The notes beneath the pieces were generated by a model. The model saw only the letters and a list, made by a program, of their open reading frames with translations, was not told where the DNA came from and searched no databases. 64,000 bases of DNA from a virus (lineage: Duplodnaviria > Caudoviricetes), in the IMG/VR virus record IMGVR_UViG_3300037047_000246; one strand, given 5' to 3'. A program made the translations under genes and the position numbers. Of the stretch, positions 44,577 through 52,538 are shown in pieces (position 1 is the first letter of the stretch; each line of letters begins with the position of its first letter).

Positions 44577-45332
44577 GTGCCCATCATCACCGCCATTCAA
44601 TATAAGCCGCGTTTGGCCACAAGCCCTGCGGACGTGTCTGACAACTTCAGGCGATGCGCACCTCTGGTGAACCAGGCGGCAGCCCTGGGATCCCAGGTGG
44701 TCGTGTTTCCTGAACTGGCGTTCACTGGGTACAGCTTCTTGTCAATCGACGACGCAGCGCCAGTGGCAGAGCGCCGAGACGGCACGACGGCCAATCGCAT
44801 GTCGCAAATGGCCAAGTTGCTGAAAGCCTACGTCGTGTGGGGGTTCGTGGAAGGCGACGGAAACCTGCTGTATAACTCGGCGTCAATGGCCGACCCCAGC
44901 GGCGAAGTAATTTTGACGGTCAGAAAGCTAAACCTGTGGGGCAACGATTTCCTGTGGGCATCGCCTGGAGACGAGCTTCCAGGTGTGGTGAACACAGATG
45001 TTGGGTGGATGTCTGTGTCGATATGTCGAGACATCATAGACAAAGACCCAGTGTCAGGACGCAGACTATTCGCCGACCGGAAGGTGGACCTCCTGGCTGC
45101 ACCGATGAACTGGAGCTCTGGCGGGTTTCCGGCCACGGACTGGATGAACTTCGTGAAGAACAATTCGTGCGCGCTGGTTGTTGCAAATCGATGGGGGACG
45201 GAGAGCAACAGGTCATTCAAACACGACTTCGGCCAAGGCGGTTCCGTAGTGATCGGCAAAGACTCAAGGCCGCACATAGGCGGACTCGTGTTCGGTGCAG
45301 ACAGCACTGTGACAGCAATGATAGACTTGTGA
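44577..45332 (+). CDS. Carbon-nitrogen hydrolase (nitrilase superfamily)
   Basis: Catalytic triad FPEL (E), RKLNL (K), ICRD (C); VANRWG. Confidence 0.93.
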   Translation: MPIITAIQYKPRLATSPADVSDNFRRCAPLVNQAAALGSQVVVFPELAFTGYSFLSIDDAAPVAERRDGTTANRMSQMAKLLKAYVVWGFVEGDGNLLYNSASMADPSGEVILTVRKLNLWGNDFLWASPGDELPGVVNTDVGWMSVSICRDIIDKDPVSGRRLFADRKVDLLAAPMNWSSGGFPATDWMNFVKNNSCALVVANRWGTESNRSFKHDFGQGGSVVIGKDSRPHIGGLVFGADSTVTAMIDL

Positions 45333-45340
45333 GGCACACC

Positions 45341-45733
45341 ATGGCAGATCCGGAAGATTGCGACGTCACCAGGCAGCACGGTCCAGACGACCCGGTCAAT
45401 CCGAATCCTGGTCAGTGCACGCTTTGCACTGGAGACACGAGGGACAACATATTTTTCACGCCCCGTGCGCCAGGTTTTGCCGGCAGGTGCATCTTGGACG
45501 AGATGACGTACGAGCAGGTAGAGCTGGTGCTGCTTCGCAGTCCAAGAGCTAAAGGAGACTTGCTGCGCATCACGTCAAACCCGACCTTGGTCACGATGGC
45601 CAGAAACTCAAGGCTTGTCGAAAATCCGGCTGACGACAACGAAAATATGCGCAAACGGCTCCATGCCAACAGCTTGCCGTTCTACACCCTGTTTAAGGGA
45701 AATCAGGACGGGACGCCCACAGGGAGGCGTTAA
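45341..45733 (+). CDS. Hypothetical protein
   Basis: GAGG RBS, start MADPED; TTAA stop overlap with the convergent nuclease gene. Confidence 0.5.
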   Translation: MADPEDCDVTRQHGPDDPVNPNPGQCTLCTGDTRDNIFFTPRAPGFAGRCILDEMTYEQVELVLLRSPRAKGDLLRITSNPTLVTMARNSRLVENPADDNENMRKRLHANSLPFYTLFKGNQDGTPTGRR

Positions 45734-47304
45734 CCTGCTCCGGGACGGCACCAGACCCACCGCTTCTTGCCGAGGTCCCAAATTTTGGCGTATCCCTGGC
45801 TTTGCCGCAGCAGGCTCTCGGTTTGGGGATACCCATTTGGCTTTCTAAGACCCGATTTGTGGTGTCTGCGTCTGCCTTTGACCCAGTAGTAATCTGGCTT
45901 GACATCCCCGTCGAACACAAAGCCGAGCTTGCCGTACACCCCACCGTTGAACAACCTGTTGTCGGAGAACGAAACAATGGACTGAGGGCAGTGTTGGCGC
46001 ACAAACACTCGCAGCAGCTTTGACCAGATCCCGTGCGCTCGGTATGCCGGGTCGGAAGTCATGCGCACGAGCTCCCAGTCGTGCTTCGACTGGCGGCTTG
46101 GACGCTTGAAGGACACACATGCGATCAGCTTGCCGCCGTACGATGCGCCAACATTGACGCTGGCGCGAGCCCCGCCCAAATAATGGAAGCTGTCGTGAAG
46201 AGCGTCTGCCGACCGGCAGTCTACGAAGCCGACATCGCACGCTGACGGTCTAAGCGACTCTGGCTTGTGCGTGCCAAGCCTGTTCGCTATGATGTCGCAC
46301 ATTTTGGCTTTACTGAAAGCCCACTCGTCCTCGTATATTGCCAATAGCTCGAATCCGTGGTCTATCGAATTCAGGTACTTGGCCGAGTCCCGGCGCCGTG
46401 ACTCAGGGCTTGAATGCCAGCGAAGACCGTGGTGCTCTATGAGCAATCGGCAGTCCGGCACGCCAACATCATAAGCGAGTTTGCCTACTTTGTACTCCAT
46501 GATAGGGTGCGCTCCCAGCGTCCGCACAGCATCCAGTATTTGCTGTTGCGCGTCGCTGACGTGACCGGCTGCGCATCCGCATGTTAACGAACGGCCAATT
46601 CTTATGTCGTCCCATCTAGGATGGTATTCTGCTCCGCAGGCTGCACACGTGGCTCGCACTGGTTCGCCAGTGTTGACGATGCTTTTCGCGATAGCAACCC
46701 CGCCAGGCGGCATTTGCGTCATGCAAATCGGAGTGCGCAACGCACGCAAGTCGTCCTTGTGCGCCTCATACCAAGCAGCAACTGAGGTGCGGCACCTCCC
46801 GCAGCTTTTCGTATTGAGCCTTGTGACACGTATGATCGGCAAGTCAACTTCGCGGCCGCACGTGCAGACCCAGGTTACGAGCTTCGCTGAGGATGGGTGC
46901 GCATCTACCGGCCGCTTCATCCGCAATCTGCCGAACTTCTTGCCCGCCCACTCCTCGGCAGGCAAAACGTTGCATTTGCCACAAGTTGTCGTAAGGCCCT
47001 TGCTCACCGTGACAATTGCGGCCTGTGTTGTTTTGCCGCAATCGCAAAGCCAAATCGCCCGCTTGTTGGAGCCAGTGCTGGTCGGCTGCGGATGCAACAT
47101 TCGCAGCCGACCATACTTGGTGCTTGCCCAGTGCTCGGCTGGCAGAACATTGCACTTGCCGCACGATTTCCTGTGGCCGCGGGCAAAATCAATCCACTTG
47201 ACCGGTATGCCTGTGTTGCCGCATACGCAGTCAAACAGGACAATCTTTCCTGAGCCCGCTGATGGCAGGATCTGGCCTGGTGTTGGTGTCAGTCGCGTCT
47301 GCAT
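45730..47304 (-). CDS. Hef-like free-standing endonuclease 1: 3 Zn-ribbon repeats, Vsr/DUF559-like nuclease, GNAT-fold domain
   Basis: CxCG...SCGxC repeats; YDV...IEHHGLRWH...YEDEW; YRAHGIWSKLL and YGKLGF (GNAT motifs A/B); start taken as MQTRL. Confidence 0.75.
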   Translation of the reverse strand: MQTRLTPTPGQILPSAGSGKIVLFDCVCGNTGIPVKWIDFARGHRKSCGKCNVLPAEHWASTKYGRLRMLHPQPTSTGSNKRAIWLCDCGKTTQAAIVTVSKGLTTTCGKCNVLPAEEWAGKKFGRLRMKRPVDAHPSSAKLVTWVCTCGREVDLPIIRVTRLNTKSCGRCRTSVAAWYEAHKDDLRALRTPICMTQMPPGGVAIAKSIVNTGEPVRATCAACGAEYHPRWDDIRIGRSLTCGCAAGHVSDAQQQILDAVRTLGAHPIMEYKVGKLAYDVGVPDCRLLIEHHGLRWHSSPESRRRDSAKYLNSIDHGFELLAIYEDEWAFSKAKMCDIIANRLGTHKPESLRPSACDVGFVDCRSADALHDSFHYLGGARASVNVGASYGGKLIACVSFKRPSRQSKHDWELVRMTSDPAYRAHGIWSKLLRVFVRQHCPQSIVSFSDNRLFNGGVYGKLGFVFDGDVKPDYYWVKGRRRHHKSGLRKPNGYPQTESLLRQSQGYAKIWDLGKKRWVWCRPGAG

Positions 47305-47998
47305 TATTTCTGACCAGTGGGCCGCCGTAATATCCAGCCACTGCCCGATCCACCACGATATGTGCTTTTTCCGTGACCAATTTGGTGAGGTCCATATCCA
47401 GCACGTATGCAAGAATAAAAGAATAAATAACGACATCGGGCAACTCAGACACTACGGCTCCCAATAACTGCTGATCCGCGTTGCCTCCGTTGCGGAGCGC
47501 TTTAACCATTTTATTCAAACATTCTCCAGCTTCAGCTGACACAGCTGCCGCATAATAGAATGCCGGGTTCTGACCATAGGCTTCCTTCTCACCCATCTGC
47601 TTGATGCGGCACAGCACCTTGTGCGATTCGACAATGGCCGAGAAGATGTCGTCCATAGCCGCTTCACGCTCCCCAACCAGTTCCTTGATTCGTTGGTCGA
47701 TGGTGCTGAATACGCCGTTGACTTCGAAAGTGGCGCTTCTGGCTTCGTCTCGCAGCCGTCGCAGTTCGTCGATTCTGGCGTCAATCTCGGACCGGGTTCG
47801 CTTGGGGATGAAGTCAGTGTGGGTTACCGGGCTGGCTTCTTGCAACACCAAAGACTTGCCAAATACGCCGACGCATTCCCCCGGTTCTTGCGGCTCTGGC
47901 TGCAGCCATACAATTCCAGCGTCGTCGGAGCAGTCGTGAACCGAATGCAGACGGCCGCGAAACATCAAAGTTTGGCCAACCCTAATTGTGTCAAGCAT
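47231..47998 (-). CDS. MazG-like NTP pyrophosphohydrolase with an N-terminal extension
   Basis: AEAGECLNKMVK...SELPDVVIYSFILA..LDMDL...K; the C-terminus runs into the nuclease ORF. Confidence 0.75.
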   Translation of the reverse strand: MLDTIRVGQTLMFRGRLHSVHDCSDDAGIVWLQPEPQEPGECVGVFGKSLVLQEASPVTHTDFIPKRTRSEIDARIDELRRLRDEARSATFEVNGVFSTIDQRIKELVGEREAAMDDIFSAIVESHKVLCRIKQMGEKEAYGQNPAFYYAAAVSAEAGECLNKMVKALRNGGNADQQLLGAVVSELPDVVIYSFILAYVLDMDLTKLVTEKAHIVVDRAVAGYYGGPLVRNNADATDTNTRPDPAISGLRKDCPV

Positions 47999-48633
47999 CA
48001 GATAACCTTGCCTCTTAGAAACATGGCACAGATCGCCGCTGCGTTCTGTGCCAACTGCGAGTAATACTGGCCGAGCTCAAAGCTTTTGCCACCTGTCGCG
48101 AAGATCACATTCTCGTTTTCCGAAGCCATGGCTCGCAGGTCGGCCACCATTCGTTCAAAGAACGGATGGATTTCAGTGTTGCCGCGAGAGACCTCCCGAA
48201 CCATAAAATTGTGCAAGCTCATGAAATCGGCTGCTTTCACGACGGCTCGCACATAGCTCGGATTTTTGGCGGCACCGACCAAGGAATCGGCGGCGGCCAC
48301 CACAGCCCGCATCGATGGACCGAACTCCGTCAAGATTTCCCGTTCAGCTTTGTCTATCGCTTGCTTTAGAGCTTTCGAGCGATACTTGAACGTACGCACG
48401 AAGTCACCCGCTTTCATTTCTGGGATGTCATGCACCAAGGCGCAAGCAAGGCACGCCGCCAATGTGTCTGTATCCTGGGGATCCAGGGCTTGGTGGATCA
48501 TGGCAGCATATATCGTCACCCAGTACGAGTGCGAGGTCACATTCTCCGGCACACTGATTGGAATGGTGCTGTATCGCCAGACATAGTCCAGCCGCTGACA
48601 TTCACGCGTCGTTTCAATAAACTCTGCCCACAT
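47998..48633 (-). CDS. HD-domain nucleotide phosphohydrolase (YfbR/DatZ-like)
   Basis: RL...RY...ENVTSHS...ALVHDIPE..AGD...VKAAD...EVSRGN. Confidence 0.88.
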   Translation of the reverse strand: MWAEFIETTRECQRLDYVWRYSTIPISVPENVTSHSYWVTIYAAMIHQALDPQDTDTLAACLACALVHDIPEMKAGDFVRTFKYRSKALKQAIDKAEREILTEFGPSMRAVVAAADSLVGAAKNPSYVRAVVKAADFMSLHNFMVREVSRGNTEIHPFFERMVADLRAMASENENVIFATGGKSFELGQYYSQLAQNAAAICAMFLRGKVI

Positions 48634-48654
48634 TTGCTGACTCCTGGCTGGAAC

Positions 48655-48659
48655 TTACA
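48655..48659 (-). promoter_or_regulatory. TGTAA box upstream of the HD-MazG-nuclease operon
   Basis: ATGTAAGT, 21 nt before the ATG. Confidence 0.45.
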
Positions 48660-48732
48660 TGCAAAAACACGCTGCGGAGTTCAGAAACGTCGCGAGACGC
48701 TATGCCGCCTCGATGCTGGACGCGCACCTAGG

Positions 48733-48921
48733 TTATTCGAGGCATTGAATCGCCAATAAGGGCATTCCGCCTTCAGGCGACAGGTCAGTGACGGAGCCGG
48801 ACGTGCCGCTCCGCGCCATCTCTTCGACAAGCATGGCCGCCTCTTCGGGCTCCAGCAGCGCATGCTTGACTACCTGGTCGCCTTCGTCGTCCACATACTC
48901 TATGACGTAAAACCTGGGCAT
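48733..48921 (-). CDS. Small acidic hypothetical protein
   Basis: 62 aa ORF. Confidence 0.45.
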   Translation of the reverse strand: MPRFYVIEYVDDEGDQVVKHALLEPEEAAMLVEEMARSGTSGSVTDLSPEGGMPLLAIQCLE

Positions 48922-48946
48922 GATTGGCCTTCATGTAAATTCGGCA

Positions 48947-49348
48947 ATGAAAGACGTACCGCCTGCCATGAAGGTAATCGACATTTCGGACAGGCTGCCT
49001 AAGCACGCTGCGCAGTCTACGCCAGACGAAGCCGGAGCTGTCATCGAGCTAGGTCGGTGCGCGGCCTGCCAACTTGTGCAACGCCTTGAGGATTTCTGCT
49101 GCAGCGACTGCCGCGACAAGTTCGGAGATAAAAGCGGGTTGCTGTTCAGGCGGATACGCGACGATTCGACCTTCGCCGCGGCGTTTTACTCGGCTCTGAT
49201 GCCTAACAAGCGCCAGTCTTTCATCCGCCTGTTTGGCCTCCCGGACGGGTGCCTCGAACCCGGAAAAACACCGAGCCGAGATTCTCGTCCTCGGTTGTGC
49301 GTTGTGTCTGAAGAGCCGCCACAAAACTGCTCAGATCCAAACTCCTGA
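48947..49348 (+). CDS. Hypothetical protein with CxxC...CxxC
   Basis: CAAC...CSDC; TGTAA box just upstream. Confidence 0.5.
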   Translation: MKDVPPAMKVIDISDRLPKHAAQSTPDEAGAVIELGRCAACQLVQRLEDFCCSDCRDKFGDKSGLLFRRIRDDSTFAAAFYSALMPNKRQSFIRLFGLPDGCLEPGKTPSRDSRPRLCVVSEEPPQNCSDPNS

Positions 49349-49724
49349 GCTTGGCTGCACTTTCCAAGATTTTCAGCACGCGGAGCGGGTTCCCCTTCAG
49401 TAGCATGGCTTCCTGAACAAGGTCTGTTGCAGTTTTGTCCCGCCATCGGCCAACTTCGTCTCTGTCGACGACGCGCGGGCCGTTGTTTGACACAATCCAC
49501 TGGTGTTTTTTGAGTTCGATGTCAAGCGCTGCATGCGGCGCTGTAGGCAGATCGTGTTCAGACAGGTCTTGCTTCAGCATCAAAACCCGTCCTGACTTTT
49601 CAATCAAAACAGCTTCAGGAATTGATGCGAACTCGGTGGGGAACCATCCGACTACATGAAAGCCTTCAGAATCACAATTGCAAAGAGCGCCAGCGTCAGG
49701 CATACCACCAAAATCCCCGTCCAC
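49221..49724 (-). CDS. Hypothetical protein (start uncertain)
   Basis: ORF in the minus-strand run; overlaps both neighbours. Confidence 0.35.
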   Translation of the reverse strand: MDGDFGGMPDAGALCNCDSEGFHVVGWFPTEFASIPEAVLIEKSGRVLMLKQDLSEHDLPTAPHAALDIELKKHQWIVSNNGPRVVDRDEVGRWRDKTATDLVQEAMLLKGNPLRVLKILESAAKLRSLDLSSFVAALQTQRTTEDENLGSVFFRVRGTRPGGQTGG

Positions 49725-49984
49725 TTTACTGCTTTCATGGACACCGCGAAAGCAGTGGCAGACGGAGAGCGCTTCACTGCCAAGATTTGTGCGTCGTTTT
49801 GGCCTGCTTGCTGACTGTCAAGCGCCGTAGCCAGTCCAGACAACTGATCGAATGTCAAGTATCCGGGGACAGGAACGTGCATGGGAACGCAACGGCCGAC
49901 ACACTCCGTGGGCTTCTTGCCGCACTCGGGGCAGTGCTCGCTGGAGATCTGGTGCTGCGCGCCGCAAATCCTGCATCTCATCAT
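49652..49984 (-). CDS. Zn-ribbon membrane protein
   Basis: CRICG...CPECG; C-terminal TM helix. Confidence 0.6.
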   Translation of the reverse strand: MMRCRICGAQHQISSEHCPECGKKPTECVGRCVPMHVPVPGYLTFDQLSGLATALDSQQAGQNDAQILAVKRSPSATAFAVSMKAVKWTGILVVCLTLALFAIVILKAFM

Positions 49985-50652
49985 GACAAGCCTCGATTCA
50001 GTTGGCTGATGCCTTCCAACAGCAGGTCCTGGAGCGGCGCATCCCTGTCTTGCACAGATTCAACAAACTTTTGGACGTCTCTTTTGTTGAATCCCAAGTT
50101 GGCAAGGCCTGACTGCAGCTGACTGGCCAGTTGGTCGTTCCGCTGGGAATCCTCGGCCAGCCGGCAGCTCTCTGCCGGCTGCATCTCTGCCAGCTGCAGC
50201 TCCAGCTCCTGCACGGCAAATTGCCGCCGCAGCATGACTTCGTCCATCTTCCTATCCACGTACGCTTTTTGCACTTCGGACAGAGAGTCCTGGAACAAGC
50301 TGACCAGGAATGGGGACGCCATCCACCTGTCTGCGTCCACAATCTCGAGCACGAAATCCCAAAAGGCCACTTGGTCAAGCGCTGTCGACCTGGTTAATGG
50401 TTCTTGCTGACTCATGGAAATGAGTGCACAAGTGTCGCTGACCGACCCGTCTTGCTGCACCAGAGACTCAATCATGTGCACCGCGTGCTCGTTGTGAGCT
50501 TTCACCAGCAAAACACGCTTCACGGACTGGTCGGCCGAAAACATGCCAAAGACGTACCAAGCCTGGCTGAGGCCGAAAGCCGGGTGCGCCGGACCAACCA
50601 CCTTGGTATCTTTGATCTGAACCTTGCTCATATTTGGGGCTACGTCAGGCAT
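49981..50652 (-). CDS. Protein with a C-terminal RuvA domain III-like module
   Basis: LQSGLANLGFNKRDVQKFVESVQDRDAPLQDLLLEGISQL; start taken as MPDVAP. Confidence 0.55.
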   Translation of the reverse strand: MPDVAPNMSKVQIKDTKVVGPAHPAFGLSQAWYVFGMFSADQSVKRVLLVKAHNEHAVHMIESLVQQDGSVSDTCALISMSQQEPLTRSTALDQVAFWDFVLEIVDADRWMASPFLVSLFQDSLSEVQKAYVDRKMDEVMLRRQFAVQELELQLAEMQPAESCRLAEDSQRNDQLASQLQSGLANLGFNKRDVQKFVESVQDRDAPLQDLLLEGISQLNRGLS

Positions 50653-50698
50653 CGGCCGATTTCCGGCCTTAATCCGGAGAAGCCACAGGAGGCCCCTG

Positions 50699-51220
50699 AT
50701 GAAAACCTTCCCTATTTCCGTCTTGATCGCAATTCTGACGTTCACCGTCGCAGCTGGCGCCCAAGACCAGTGCGAGGGACCGCAAGAGCTGTGCGCTCAA
50801 GTGCTCCAGCTCAAATCTGAGCTGGAATCGCATAAGCAAAACGCCGAGTCTGGCGCCAAAGACAGCGCGGCGGCTCTGCGAGCTCAGCAACAGTACCAAG
50901 AAACTAAGGCAATCCAGTTCGTGGGTGCCATGAGCACCCTGGCTGTCGTACTGAAGATACTGCTGAGCCTGCTGGCGAACTGGAAGGATACCCTGTTCAA
51001 GAGCGACCGCGGCAAAGCAGCCATACGCATCGCCATCCTTGTTGTTACGCTGTGCATCTTTTTGGCCACGAACATGGGCTTCGGCATACCATGGTGGCAG
51101 GCCATGATTCTTGCAGCTGGCGGTCCGTTGTCGATGGTGCTGCACGAAATGATGAAACTAGTGCCGGTGGTGCGCGGCAAGTCTAAGATGCCGGACGAAG
51201 AAGCCGCGCCTCAGGCGTGA
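50699..51220 (+). CDS. Exported coiled-coil protein with C-terminal TM helices (holin-like C-terminus)
   Basis: AGGAGG RBS, signal peptide ending AGA/Q, 2-3 TM segments. Confidence 0.6.
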   Translation: MKTFPISVLIAILTFTVAAGAQDQCEGPQELCAQVLQLKSELESHKQNAESGAKDSAAALRAQQQYQETKAIQFVGAMSTLAVVLKILLSLLANWKDTLFKSDRGKAAIRIAILVVTLCIFLATNMGFGIPWWQAMILAAGGPLSMVLHEMMKLVPVVRGKSKMPDEEAAPQA

Positions 51221-52527
51221 TCGTGAGGCTTGCAGGCAACAGGCCTGCTGCATGTAGGACAACTCGGGATTGAAGACAGATCTGCCAAAACCGAGTCCAA
51301 ATCTTTGTCTGTTTGCTTTTGTTGCACTTTAAGTTCAGCCACTTCCCGCTGCAGCTGCAGCATCTCCGCCATTGCAGCCTTTGCTTTTGACACCCCGGAC
51401 AGCTGCGAGGAAAGGTTTGGATCTGGCGGCACAGACGCTTCCGCGTCCAGCGTATTCACAGAGTGGCGCAAACCGGACAGGCTCTTGTGCAGCACTTTTG
51501 CAGCGGCCACTCTCGCTATGTCACAACTGTCGGGGGGCTGAGGCAGATCGATTTCGCCGATTGCTTCGAGCGTCTGCACAGTCTGCTTCAGCTGCCTCAG
51601 CCCGGAGTACTTCTTGATTCGCAGCCACGCTTCGTGCTCCTTCGCAGGCACGTCCGGCAAAAACAGCATTTTTGTGCCCCTCAAAGCGATGATGGCGCGG
51701 GCTGCCTCCTCCAGTCGCCTGAGTCTGGACTTCATTTCAAGTGTATTGGCTACCTGGTCTGCCATCCCGTTGTGGGGGATGGATACCGCGCCCACAGGCC
51801 CGAGCACGTCCACCAAAACAGAGAGTTTGGAAATCGACTCTAGAAGCTCCTTGGCTCTAGTTACCTTGTCTCCGTACTCGTTGATTGAGTCGTGCTGGTG
51901 CTCCAGCTCTTTGACTATCGTTTCCAGCTCAGGCAAGTTGCCGACCTTGGCCAAATTGGACTCGCATTGCTCAACTTCGGCTTCGGCCGATTTCAGGTCT
52001 TCCAGCGATTTGCGCTTGCCCTTCAAACCAAGCGATATTGCATCCTGCAGAACGTTCAGCCCTGATATTTCAGATATGAACTGCGTTATGGTCGGCCCGC
52101 CTTCGTCGAGCAAAAACAATGGGCTCCACTGAGACGCATACCACGGATGCATTTCTCTGTCGCCAATGCGCACTGCGCCGAATCCGAACTTGCCAATCGG
52201 CTCTGGCGGCTTTTGGCCCACATTTTCCAGTTTCTCCGGGCGCCCATCTATGCAATACCGATTCAGCCCTTTCTCCGCTTTCTCCCACAGAAACCCCCAC
52301 GGTTTCCCGTCGGCCTCGGAAGAGATGCGCACAGAGCATGATTTGGATCCGGTGCGCACCAGGTTGGTGACTGGTTTGTTGAGCAAAGCGCCGGAAATCG
52401 CCCGCAGGATGCTAGATTTGCCTATGTTGGTAGGGCCTGTAATGCATGTGAACCCGGCTATCTCGATGTCGAGATCTGCTATCGACTGATAGTTCTTGAT
52501 TGTCACGCGGACTGGATGCAGTTTCAT
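51211..52527 (-). CDS. Rad50/SbcC N-terminal half ending at the Zn hook
   Basis: IKNYQSI, GPTNIGKSS, Q-loop (ASQW), coiled coil, terminal CPTC; no signature or Walker B half; GGAGG RBS. Confidence 0.8.
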   Translation of the reverse strand: MKLHPVRVTIKNYQSIADLDIEIAGFTCITGPTNIGKSSILRAISGALLNKPVTNLVRTGSKSCSVRISSEADGKPWGFLWEKAEKGLNRYCIDGRPEKLENVGQKPPEPIGKFGFGAVRIGDREMHPWYASQWSPLFLLDEGGPTITQFISEISGLNVLQDAISLGLKGKRKSLEDLKSAEAEVEQCESNLAKVGNLPELETIVKELEHQHDSINEYGDKVTRAKELLESISKLSVLVDVLGPVGAVSIPHNGMADQVANTLEMKSRLRRLEEAARAIIALRGTKMLFLPDVPAKEHEAWLRIKKYSGLRQLKQTVQTLEAIGEIDLPQPPDSCDIARVAAAKVLHKSLSGLRHSVNTLDAEASVPPDPNLSSQLSGVSKAKAAMAEMLQLQREVAELKVQQKQTDKDLDSVLADLSSIPSCPTCSRPVACKPHDHA

Positions 52528-52538
52528 GTCCGCCTCCG

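Noticed and set aside
45690-47340. Recoded target duplication around nuclease 1, analogous to nuclease 2
   Set aside because: I compared both flanks in all frames and found only matches of 5 nt or less. The MazG 3' half is somewhat AT-rich (26/60 GC at 47401-47460), but that alone is not evidence.
47231-48633. Calling this a Z-genome (datZ/mazZ) locus
   Set aside because: purZ is absent from the window and the HD protein looks at least as YfbR-like; kept only as a hypothesis.
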